A stretch of DNA of 31,328 nt, from NCBI GenBank assembly GCA_041640655.1, contig JBEPZV010000031.1:1-31328 (forward strand), written 5' to 3'. This document shows positions 7,132-15,323 of the stretch, in pieces. The DNA comes from a bacterium. Lineage in GTDB: Bacteria; Acidobacteriota; Blastocatellia; HR10. The position numbers were made by a program, and so were the translations under genes. The notes below the pieces were generated by a model. It did not search any database, was not told where the DNA came from, and was given only the letters and a program-made list of their open reading frames with translations. The stretch's first letter is position 1. Each line of letters begins with the position of its first letter.

Positions 7132-8613
7132 ATGTGGAAGATGGCGGGCTTCGTCGCTCTCACGGTCTTCGCCCTCTCGAATCCCCGCACATGGGTTCTC
7201 GATACGAGAGCGGGCGCGGAGGATGGATTCAGCGCCATTGAGGTCTACACCGTCCTGGATGCGGGCAACGACAACACAGGAAGCATCACCCGCAATAACG
7301 CGACGACGGGAAGCTTGGGGGAGACGACAGGTTTGGAGCGGGGCATCGCCGTGCGCCCCGGCGATCCGACGATCGTCTATATCGCGCGCGGCGCGACAAG
7401 CACGGGAGACGGACGCCCGGGAGGGGTCATTGGTTTAGCGGCCATCAAGCTCCAGGAGAAGACCGACGGCGATTTCAATCCGAACACCAATCCCGATCTC
7501 CTGCTCACTTACATTGACACGGGATTGATCGTCTCCGGGGGACAACCGGCGAACTTCTCCTTCATTCAAGGGATCACCTGTGATCCCGTGCTCGACAAGG
7601 TGTGGGCTCTGGACGGCACAGGCGCGACGCCGCGCGTGTGGTATTTCGATGGCGGATCGCTCGGCGGCGCTCCGAATGGGGGCGGTGTCTCTCAAGCGGC
7701 CGTCGCGCGAGGGATCACGCTCGCCTTCTACGCCGACAATGCCTCAGGTCTTGGCGGCCGGGGTCAGGCGCTCGCCGTGCGCGTGGACCCACAGGATCGA
7801 AATCGAGTGCTCGTCGCCCTGGCGATGGGGAATCATGTGGAGGTGTGGGAGAGCACAAGCGGCCTTGCCGGCCCGTGGCGGCTGCGATGGGAGAGCGCGA
7901 CCGATCCGGATGGTGAAGGGCCGATCCCAGCTTTCGGAGCGGATTCGGTTCGTGACGTGGCTTTCGACGAGCGCGGCGATCTTTGGATCTCCCAGGTGCA
8001 CGAGGGGGCCGACAATTATCTTCACCGCTACAGCGGGGACGGCATGGGGCGCGGACGCCTCGCCGATGAAACGATCACGCTCCCGCCGCCTCCGTTTGTA
8101 CTCCGCCCCGAAGCCTTCGCGCGCGGGTTCAATGCCCTGAAGTTCTATCGCCAGGGCGACATGATCTTCCTGATCGTGGCGAATCGGAGCCGCGATGCCG
8201 CTCGCATCGCGATTGTTCGATACCGGCGGGAGGGCGAGCCAGGGCGCTACGCCTTCACGGCTCTGGACGGATTCGGCAGCAATGTGAGCGAGACGCTTCA
8301 GGACGAGATGCTGCGCACGCTGCGGCTGCGGGGATCGGCGCGAGAGACGCAGCCGGGAGGGGGAACACTCAATGGACTCCTGTATCTCGCGCTGCCATAT
8401 GCGCCCGAGGGCGATCTCACGCTCGAGGAGGACGCCCTCTACGTGAATGGATTCGTGGTAGACGGACGGAAAGGACAAACGCTGCCCACCTCGGGCATCA
8501 TCCGCGTGCGGCTCGCCCCCCTTCGATCGGCGTCCGACGCGCGCGAGGCCTCGGGGGGAAGAAACGCGCGGCGGTTCGCGCGCCAGCGCGAAGACATGCG
8601 GCCCCTGACATGA
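7132..8613 (+). CDS. Hypothetical exported protein, probable six-bladed beta-propeller, about 493 aa
   Basis: Long ORF with SD AGGAGG (ATG 7132 is better spaced than 7126) and a hydrophobic N-terminus. Blade-like repeats: RGIAVRPGDPTIVYIA, QGITCDPVLDKVWAL, QALAVRVDPQDRNRVLVAL, RDVAFDERGDLWIS, NALKFYRQGDMIFLIVA, LYLAL...ALYVN. Confidence 0.7.
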   Translation: MWKMAGFVALTVFALSNPRTWVLDTRAGAEDGFSAIEVYTVLDAGNDNTGSITRNNATTGSLGETTGLERGIAVRPGDPTIVYIARGATSTGDGRPGGVIGLAAIKLQEKTDGDFNPNTNPDLLLTYIDTGLIVSGGQPANFSFIQGITCDPVLDKVWALDGTGATPRVWYFDGGSLGGAPNGGGVSQAAVARGITLAFYADNASGLGGRGQALAVRVDPQDRNRVLVALAMGNHVEVWESTSGLAGPWRLRWESATDPDGEGPIPAFGADSVRDVAFDERGDLWISQVHEGADNYLHRYSGDGMGRGRLADETITLPPPPFVLRPEAFARGFNALKFYRQGDMIFLIVANRSRDAARIAIVRYRREGEPGRYAFTALDGFGSNVSETLQDEMLRTLRLRGSARETQPGGGTLNGLLYLALPYAPEGDLTLEEDALYVNGFVVDGRKGQTLPTSGIIRVRLAPLRSASDAREASGGRNARRFARQREDMRPLT

Positions 8614-8620
8614 GGGCGGC

Positions 8621-8650
8621 TTGACAGAGGGCGTGGATGTCGGGGATACT
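8621..8650 (+). promoter_or_regulatory. Sigma70 promoter for tRNA-Ser/gltX
   Basis: TTGACA-N18-GATACT, 22 nt upstream of the tRNA. Confidence 0.65.
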
Positions 8651-8672
8651 TTGGCTTGAGAAGTAGTGAGGC

Positions 8673-8767
8673 GGTGAGGTGCGTGAGCCTGGCTGAAACG
8701 GACGGTTTGCTAAACCGTTGTAGGGCGATAAGCTCTACCGTGGGTTCGAATCCCACCCTCACCGCCA
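8673..8767 (+). tRNA. tRNA-Ser (anticodon GCT)
   Basis: Acceptor stem GGTGAGG/CCTCACC, discriminator G, encoded CCA. Anticodon arm ACGGT-TTGCTAA-ACCGT. Long variable arm GTAGGGC-GATAA-GCTCTAC. T arm GTGGG-TTCGAAT-CCCAC. Confidence 0.97.
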
Positions 8768-8773
8768 GCCATG

Positions 8774-8826
8774 CCTGGGAGGCCCAAGCCGAGTTCCGGC
8801 GCACGTTTCGACTTGGGAGCCCCAAG
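8774..8826. repeat. Two 15-bp near-palindromic direct repeats between tRNA-Ser and gltX
   Basis: CCTGGGAGGCCCAAG (8774-8788) and CTTGGGAGCCCCAAG (8812-8826), 13/15 identical. Confidence 0.55.
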
Positions 8827-8840
8827 ATGAGGATAGTCTC

Positions 8841-10280
8841 GTGAGCCGCATTCGCGTTCGCTTCGCGCCATCGCCGACGGGTTACCTGCATGTTGGAGGC
8901 GCGCGCACGGCCCTCTTCAATTGGCTCTTCGCGCGCAAGTACGGCGGCACGTTCATCCTGCGCATTGAGGACACGGACGTCGAGCGCTCTTCGCCAGAGA
9001 TGGTCGAGGGCATCATCGAGGGCTTGCGGTGGCTGGGCTTGGATTGGGATGAGGGTCCCTATTTCCAATCTGAGCGCCTGGCCCTCTACCGCGCGCGGGC
9101 GGAAGAGCTGGTCGCCTCGGGTTGGGCCTATTATTGCTTCTGCGATCCGCAGGAGCTGGCGCTCAAGCGCCAGCGCGCGCTCGCCGAGAAGCAAACGTGG
9201 AAGTATGAAGGGACGTGCCGACGCCTCTCCTCCGAAGAGATCGCTCGTCGGATCGCGGCCGGTCAGCCGCACGCCATTCGCTTCAAGGTCCCCGAGGAAG
9301 GCGTGACCCGATTCACCGATAGCGTCTACGGGGAGATCGAGGTCCGCAACGAGAGCCTCGAGGACTTCGTCCTGCTGCGCTCGGATGGCTTCCCGACCTA
9401 TCATCTGTCGGTCGTCGTGGATGACGCCGACATGCGCATCAGCCACGTCATTCGTGGGGCGGACCATCTCTCGAACACGCCCAAACAGGTTCTGCTCTAT
9501 CGCGCTTTCGGATGGGAGCTGCCCGTCTTCGCGCACGTGCCGCTCATTCTCGGGCCGGATCGCTCCCGCCTGTCCAAGCGGCATGGAGCGATGAGCGTGA
9601 CGGCCTATCGAGACATGGGCTTTCTGCCCGAAGCGATGCGCAACTTCCTGGCCCTGCTCGGATGGTCGCCGGGAGACCCCAGTCGCGAGATTCTGCGAAC
9701 GGCCGAACTGATTGAGCTGTTCTCGCTGGAGGGGATCAGTCGGGCCAATGCCATCTTCAACTTCGAGAAGGCGCTCTGGATGAACGCGGAGCATCTGCGC
9801 GCCATGAGCGCGCAGGAGCTCTTCCCCTTCGTGCGCGCCGAGCTGGAGAAGGAAGGGCTATGGCGCGAAGAATATGCTCATGAGCGGCGGGAATGGTTCT
9901 TGTGGGTCATTGACCTGCTGAAGGTTCGCGCGCGCACGCTGCGGGATTTCGTGACCAGCGGGCGTCCCTACTTCAGCGATGAGTTCCCGATGGATCCCGA
10001 GGCCGTGGAGAAGAACCTCCGCAAGGATGCAGCGGTGAAGGAGCTGTTGCTGGAGCTGGCCGACCGCTTCGAGCGCTTAGACCCCTTCGATCTGTACACG
10101 ACCGAGCGCGTCCTGCGCGGCCTGGCGGAGGAACGTGGAGTGAAGGCCGGGGTGATCATCAATGCGGCGCGCACGGCGTTGACCGGCAGTGCCGTGAGTC
10201 CGGGGATCTTCGACGTCATCGTCGCGATTGGGCGGGAGCGAAGCGTCCGTCGCCTCCGTCAAGCAGCCGCGACCTTATGA
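8841..10280 (+). CDS. gltX: Glutamate--tRNA ligase
   Basis: RVRFAPSPTGYLHVGG (HIGH), LRIEDTD, zinc-knuckle CFC...YEGTC, RLSKRH (KMSKS), C-terminal anticodon-binding domain. GTG start. Confidence 0.97.
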   Translation: MSRIRVRFAPSPTGYLHVGGARTALFNWLFARKYGGTFILRIEDTDVERSSPEMVEGIIEGLRWLGLDWDEGPYFQSERLALYRARAEELVASGWAYYCFCDPQELALKRQRALAEKQTWKYEGTCRRLSSEEIARRIAAGQPHAIRFKVPEEGVTRFTDSVYGEIEVRNESLEDFVLLRSDGFPTYHLSVVVDDADMRISHVIRGADHLSNTPKQVLLYRAFGWELPVFAHVPLILGPDRSRLSKRHGAMSVTAYRDMGFLPEAMRNFLALLGWSPGDPSREILRTAELIELFSLEGISRANAIFNFEKALWMNAEHLRAMSAQELFPFVRAELEKEGLWREEYAHERREWFLWVIDLLKVRARTLRDFVTSGRPYFSDEFPMDPEAVEKNLRKDAAVKELLLELADRFERLDPFDLYTTERVLRGLAEERGVKAGVIINAARTALTGSAVSPGIFDVIVAIGRERSVRRLRQAAATL

Positions 10281-10286
10281 TGCCCC

Positions 10287-11948
10287 GTGGCTGAGAGGTC
10301 TCACATGCGGATAGGGGACCCTCACAGAACGAACAAAGTATCGAGAAGATGGAGCCGGCGATGGGTGCACGTCGGATCCTGGCTGGCGCTTCTGCTCCTG
10401 CTGAGTGCGCTCATTCCCCGGGTTTCGCTCTCGCTTGGGGGCGATGGGCCGACGCCCGCGCAGATCAAGGAGGACTTCATCGAAGCGCTGCGCCTGGTGC
10501 AGACGCAGTATGCGGATGACGTGGATCCGAAGGTGCTGCTCACGGCGGCCATTCGGGGCATGCTGGCGGCTCTGGACCCGCACTCCACTTACCTCACGCC
10601 CAGGGAATACGCCGATCTGCGGCAGGAACAGGAGAGCGAATTCTTCGGCATCGGGGTGACGATCAATCAACGTCGGGGCCGCGCGTACATCATCTCGGTG
10701 ATCCCCGGCACGCCCGCCGATCGCGCGGGCCTGCGCTATGGGGATGCGATCCTCGCCGTGGACGGACAGTCGGCCGAAGGATGGTCCACACAGGACGTCG
10801 CCCGCCGCGTTCGCGGGGAACGGGGGACGACGGTCGAGCTGACGGTCGAACGCGCCGGAGAGGCAGCGCCGCTGACCTTTCGCATCACCCGCGCGCCCAT
10901 CCCGCTGCCGACGATTCGCACGGCCTTCGTGATCCGCCCCGGCGTGGGGTACATCGGGCTCACCTGGGGCTTTCAAAGCACGACGACCGAGGAGCTGGAC
11001 GAGCATCTTCGGCGCCTGAAGGCACAGGGGATCAAAGCGCTCATCCTCGATCTGAGGGGGAACCCGGGAGGATTGCTCGATCAGGCCGTCGGCGTCGCCA
11101 GTCGGTTCCTGCGCCCGGGCGAGACGATCGTCCACATTCGCGGGCGCACGCGAGAGCGCCGATTCAAGGCCGAGGGCGAGCGAGTGGAGACCATGCCCGT
11201 GATCGTGCTGATCAACCGCGCGTCGGCTTCAGCCTCGGAGATCGTGGCCGGAGCGTTGCAAGATCATGATCGCGCATTGATCGTCGGTGAGACGAGCTTC
11301 GGGAAAGGGCTCGTGCAAACGGTGATTCCGCTGCTGCGCGGCACAGCCGGAGCGCTCACGCTCTCCACGGCGCGGTATTACACCCCTTCGGGCCGGCTCA
11401 TTCAACGCGACTATCGCCACATCTCGGCCTACGAATATCGCCTGGGACGCTCGAACGGACGACCGCCGGGGCCGGCGGCGCGCACCGATGGCGGCCGGCG
11501 AGTCTACGGTGGAGGAGGCATCGAACCGGACATTCTCGTCCCGGTGAAGGCCGATCCCACGCGGCAGCGGCTCTTCGGCGCCGTCTTCGAGTTCACGCGC
11601 CACCTGGTCAACGGACGAATTCCCGGATTCGAACACCTGCGGGTTGAGCGTCCTTCGGAGCCAGCTTCCCCCAAGGACCTCTTCGCGGAGGTGAGCGACT
11701 CGCTGGTGGAAGCCTTCATCGCCTTCGTCGCTCGGCGGAGCGATCTCGGCGTCCGCGAGACGGAGATTCGCGCGCACCTGGACTATGTGCGCCAGAAGAT
11801 TCGCGAGGAGCTGGCGACGGCGCGCTTCGGCGTTGACGCGGCCGCGCGCGTGATCCTGCAGTCCGATGAGCAGGTCCAGCGCGCGCTGGACGCCATTCCG
11901 CAGGCGAAACAGCTCGTTGAGAACCTGCGCGATCGCCGCCGACGATGA
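10287..11948 (+). CDS. S41A carboxy-terminal processing protease (CtpA/Prc-like) with PDZ domain; exact start uncertain
   Basis: LDPHSTY, FFGIGV (PDZ), LILDLRGNPGGLL, SASASEIVAGALQDHDRA (catalytic Ser), SFGKGLVQ (catalytic Lys), TARYYTPSGR. N-terminal hydrophobic segment. Confidence 0.93.
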   Translation: MAERSHMRIGDPHRTNKVSRRWSRRWVHVGSWLALLLLLSALIPRVSLSLGGDGPTPAQIKEDFIEALRLVQTQYADDVDPKVLLTAAIRGMLAALDPHSTYLTPREYADLRQEQESEFFGIGVTINQRRGRAYIISVIPGTPADRAGLRYGDAILAVDGQSAEGWSTQDVARRVRGERGTTVELTVERAGEAAPLTFRITRAPIPLPTIRTAFVIRPGVGYIGLTWGFQSTTTEELDEHLRRLKAQGIKALILDLRGNPGGLLDQAVGVASRFLRPGETIVHIRGRTRERRFKAEGERVETMPVIVLINRASASASEIVAGALQDHDRALIVGETSFGKGLVQTVIPLLRGTAGALTLSTARYYTPSGRLIQRDYRHISAYEYRLGRSNGRPPGPAARTDGGRRVYGGGGIEPDILVPVKADPTRQRLFGAVFEFTRHLVNGRIPGFEHLRVERPSEPASPKDLFAEVSDSLVEAFIAFVARRSDLGVRETEIRAHLDYVRQKIREELATARFGVDAAARVILQSDEQVQRALDAIPQAKQLVENLRDRRRR

Positions 11949-12631
11949 ATATGCGCGTGCTGAGCACACTCGCACTGATCGTCCTTCTTCAAGAGCCGTT
12001 CTCACGGCTCGCTTCCGGACAAGGGGCGTCGCCCCCGCTCGATCGTCTGCTGGCGGCCGTTCAGGCGAAGTACGCGCGCCTGCGCAGCTTGGCCGCCGAT
12101 TTCGTGCAGATCTACCAGGCTCCCGGCTCCCCCACGCGCCGTGAGGAGGGGACGGTCATCCTGGCCAAGCCACGGCGCATGCGCTGGCATTATCATCGGC
12201 CTGAGGAGAAATTCTTCATCTCCGATGGGGAGCGCGTCTATCTCTATGTGCCGGCGGAACGGCAGGTCGTTCGCGCCAAGATTCGCGAGGTCGAGGACAT
12301 CAAGGCCTCATTCGCCTTCTTCCTGGGCGAGCGGGATCTCCGGCGCGTCTTCGCCCGGATCGAGCGCATCACGCACCCGGCGCCCCTGCGCGCGGGCGAT
12401 GTCGTGTTGCGCTTCATCCCGAAGGACGTGCGACTGGGCTTCTCCGAAGTGATCGCGGAGATTGATCCCGTCTCTCTTCACGTCATCCGCGTCCTGATCC
12501 GTGAGCTTGACGGCGCGCGCTCGGATTTCCTCTTCTCGAACATTCGAGAGAACGTCCCCGTCTCCCGCTCGGAATTCGCGTTGTCCGTTCCCCCGGGGAC
12601 CCACATCTTCGATGCGCAAGAGCCGGAATGA
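11945..12631 (+). CDS. lolA: Outer-membrane lipoprotein carrier LolA family protein
   Basis: Signal peptide, SLAADFVQ, G.V.LAKP.RMRWHY..P, ISDGERVYLYVP..RQV, F...VPPG. ATGA overlap with the upstream gene. Confidence 0.88.
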   Translation: MNMRVLSTLALIVLLQEPFSRLASGQGASPPLDRLLAAVQAKYARLRSLAADFVQIYQAPGSPTRREEGTVILAKPRRMRWHYHRPEEKFFISDGERVYLYVPAERQVVRAKIREVEDIKASFAFFLGERDLRRVFARIERITHPAPLRAGDVVLRFIPKDVRLGFSEVIAEIDPVSLHVIRVLIRELDGARSDFLFSNIRENVPVSRSEFALSVPPGTHIFDAQEPE

Positions 12632-12739
12632 GCGGGGGGGTTATCGAATGAGGACGGTGCGGAGACGATCGGCTCGGGGCGATCGCCGCCGAACGCAGCC
12701 CTCCTGGAAGGCGTACGCGGGCCTCAGGACGAACGCGCC

Positions 12740-15205
12740 ATGTTTGTAGACGTCGCACTGGCCGTGAACGCTCGGCGGACATTCACCTACCGGGTGCCCG
12801 AAGGGATGCGGGCGCCCGTGGGCGCACGCGTCGTCGTCCCCTTCGGGGCGAAGGTGCTCGTGGGGGTCGTTGTCGCGCGGGCCGAGCAGCCCCCGCCGCA
12901 CCTCTCGGAATCGGCCATCAAGTCCATCCTCGCCGTCCTGGATGAAGAACCGCTGCTCAGCCCCGACTTACTGGAACTGACGCGCTGGGTCGCCGACTAT
13001 TACTTCGCTCCGTGGGGGGAGGTCATTCGGGCCGCTCTGCCTCCGGGGCTGATGGCCGCTGTCGCCGAAGTCTTCTCGATCACCGACTCCGGGCGGGCGG
13101 CTCTCGCCCGCCTGACGAGTGCGCGACAAAGGCGCTCGATTCGCGCGCAGATTTTGGAACAGTTGGCGCGCGCGACGTCGCTCCCGGCTGGCGAACTCGC
13201 CCGGAAGTTCGGCGCGCGAGCTTCGCGCGCGGCACTGCGCGATCTGTTGCGACGCGACCAGGTCGCCCACCACTATGCGATCGTCGAGCCTCGGGTGAAG
13301 CCGAAGCTGGAAGAAGTCGTCGTGTGGACAGGCAATGGGATACCACAAGCGACCGAAGGGGTCGCCAGGCGGCGCAGCGCTCGAGCCGATGCGCGCGCCC
13401 GACTCTTGGATTGGCTGCGAAAGGCCCGCGAGCCCATCCCGCTGCGCGAGTTGGCCGAACAGACGGGCGTGCGTCCGGCCGCCATCCGCGCGCTTCACGC
13501 CGAAGGCCTGGTCCGGATCTTCTCGCGCCCCGTCTCTCGGGACCCTCTCGCCCATGTGGAGGTCCCTCCTCCGGAATGGTTCGAGCTGACGCCGGAGCAG
13601 AAGGCGGCGCTTCAGCAAATCGAGGAGAAGTTGGACGAAGGGGTCTACGCGACATTCCTGCTGCATGGCGTGACCGGCAGTGGGAAGACCGAAGTGTACA
13701 TCCGCGCCATGCATGCGGCGCTCGCGCGCGGGAAGACGGCCTTGATGCTCGTGCCGGAGATCGCGCTGACGCCGATGCTCGGCCGGCGATTGCGCGCACA
13801 TTTTGGTCGAGACGTCGCGCTGCTGCATTCCTCGCTCTCCGAGGGCGAGCGTTTCGACCAGTGGCAGCGCATCGCGCGGGGCGAAGCGCGTGTGGTTCTC
13901 GGCACGCGCTCGGCCGTCTTCGCGCCGCTCCCGAATCTGGGCCTGATCATTGTGGATGAGGAGCACGATCCCTCGTACAAGCAGGACGAAGTCCCACGCT
14001 ATCACGGGCGCGATACGGCCATCATGCGGGCGCTCCATCATCAGGCCGTGGTGATCTTGGGGAGTGCGACGCCATCGCTCGAATCCTATCATAACGTCCA
14101 CCTGGGCAAATACGTCTACCTGCACCTCGGTGAGCGGATCGGCGGTCGGCCCTTGGCCAACGTTCACGTGGTGGATATGCGTGAGGTGTTCGCCCGATAT
14201 GGGCGTCAGGTCGTCCTCTCCGATGAGCTGGTGGACGCCCTGCGGGAGACAATCGAACGCGGCGAGCAAGCGATCCTCTTGCTCAATCGGCGCGGCTTCT
14301 CCTCCTTCGTCCTCTGCCGCCGCTGCGGTCTGACCATGCGCTGCCCGCGTTGCGACGTCTCGCTCACGTACCATCGCTCGGTCGAGCAGCTCATCTGCCA
14401 CTATTGCAATTACCGCACGCCAGTGCTCACGCACTGTCCGAGCTGCTCGAGCGAATACATCTATTTTGCGGGCGTGGGGACCGAGCAGATTGAGGAACGG
14501 CTTCGTCGCCTCTTCCCCGATCTTCGCCTCGCGCGCTTGGATCGCGACACGGCGAGTCGGCGGCGCGCTTACGAGCGCATCCTCACGGCCTTCGCCGCCG
14601 GAGAGATTCAAGTGCTCGTGGGCACGCAGATGGTCGCCAAGGGCCATGATTTCCCGAATGTGACGTTGGTGGGCGTCATCTCCGTGGATGCGATCCTGGG
14701 ACTGCCGGACTTCCGCGCGGCCGAGCGCGCCTTCCAGCTCCTCACGCAATCGGCTGGTCGCGCGGGACGTGGCGATCGTCCGGGGCGCGTCCTCATCCAG
14801 ACGTACTACCCGGAACATTATGTGCTCCGCATGGCCGCCGCGCAGGATTACGAGGGATTTTACCAGCGTGAGATCCATTTTCGCCGGATGCTGCACTACC
14901 CGCCGATCACGACGCTCATTCAACTGATCGTGCAGCATCGTGATTTCGAGCGCGCTCGGGCACTCGCCGAAGAGCTGGCGCGACACGTCCGCGCGGCTGA
15001 TCCATCCGGCCTCCTGCGCGTGCTCGGCCCGGCCCCGGCCCCGCTCGGCCGATTGCGCGGCCGCTATCGCCTGCAAATCCTCATCAAGAGCTCGCAGCGT
15101 CTGGCCGCCCATCGCGCGCTGGATCTGGCGCTGGAAAACCTGCGCGCCTCGGGCTTCGATACCCACGCTCTCGTCATTGATCCCGATCCCGTCGAGGTGA
15201 TCTAG
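12740..15205 (+). CDS. priA: Primosomal protein N' (replication restart helicase)
   Basis: FTYRVP and RVVVPFG N-terminal domain, GVTGSGKTEVY, DEEHDPSYKQ, four CxxC pairs (CRRC, CPRC, CHYC, CPSC), GTQMVAKGHDFPNV, GRAGR. Confidence 0.97.
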   Translation: MFVDVALAVNARRTFTYRVPEGMRAPVGARVVVPFGAKVLVGVVVARAEQPPPHLSESAIKSILAVLDEEPLLSPDLLELTRWVADYYFAPWGEVIRAALPPGLMAAVAEVFSITDSGRAALARLTSARQRRSIRAQILEQLARATSLPAGELARKFGARASRAALRDLLRRDQVAHHYAIVEPRVKPKLEEVVVWTGNGIPQATEGVARRRSARADARARLLDWLRKAREPIPLRELAEQTGVRPAAIRALHAEGLVRIFSRPVSRDPLAHVEVPPPEWFELTPEQKAALQQIEEKLDEGVYATFLLHGVTGSGKTEVYIRAMHAALARGKTALMLVPEIALTPMLGRRLRAHFGRDVALLHSSLSEGERFDQWQRIARGEARVVLGTRSAVFAPLPNLGLIIVDEEHDPSYKQDEVPRYHGRDTAIMRALHHQAVVILGSATPSLESYHNVHLGKYVYLHLGERIGGRPLANVHVVDMREVFARYGRQVVLSDELVDALRETIERGEQAILLLNRRGFSSFVLCRRCGLTMRCPRCDVSLTYHRSVEQLICHYCNYRTPVLTHCPSCSSEYIYFAGVGTEQIEERLRRLFPDLRLARLDRDTASRRRAYERILTAFAAGEIQVLVGTQMVAKGHDFPNVTLVGVISVDAILGLPDFRAAERAFQLLTQSAGRAGRGDRPGRVLIQTYYPEHYVLRMAAAQDYEGFYQREIHFRRMLHYPPITTLIQLIVQHRDFERARALAEELARHVRAADPSGLLRVLGPAPAPLGRLRGRYRLQILIKSSQRLAAHRALDLALENLRASGFDTHALVIDPDPVEVI

Positions 15206-15260
15206 CGTAGCTCCTCACCTTGCGCGACGTCGTTCGCCGCTTCGCGTCTCGCCAGGGCTC

Positions 15261-15289
15261 TTGACAATGCCCGATCTCGCCTCTACCTC
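15261..15289 (+). promoter_or_regulatory. Possible promoter for the Asp-box/NIDO gene
   Basis: Perfect TTGACA, N17, weak -10 TACCTC. Strong SD GAGGAGGTG downstream. Confidence 0.4.
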
Positions 15290-15323
15290 ATCACTGGGCA
15301 TCATCGTGAGGAGGTGATCGCGC

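Noticed and set aside
8673..8840. tRNA-Ser as an integration site for an island
   Set aside because: No integrase and no duplicated tRNA 3' end were seen in the window. gltX follows directly.
12648..12749. 33-codon Arg-rich ORF overlapping the priA start
   Set aside because: No SD or recognisable sequence. Its composition is typical of chance GC-rich ORFs.
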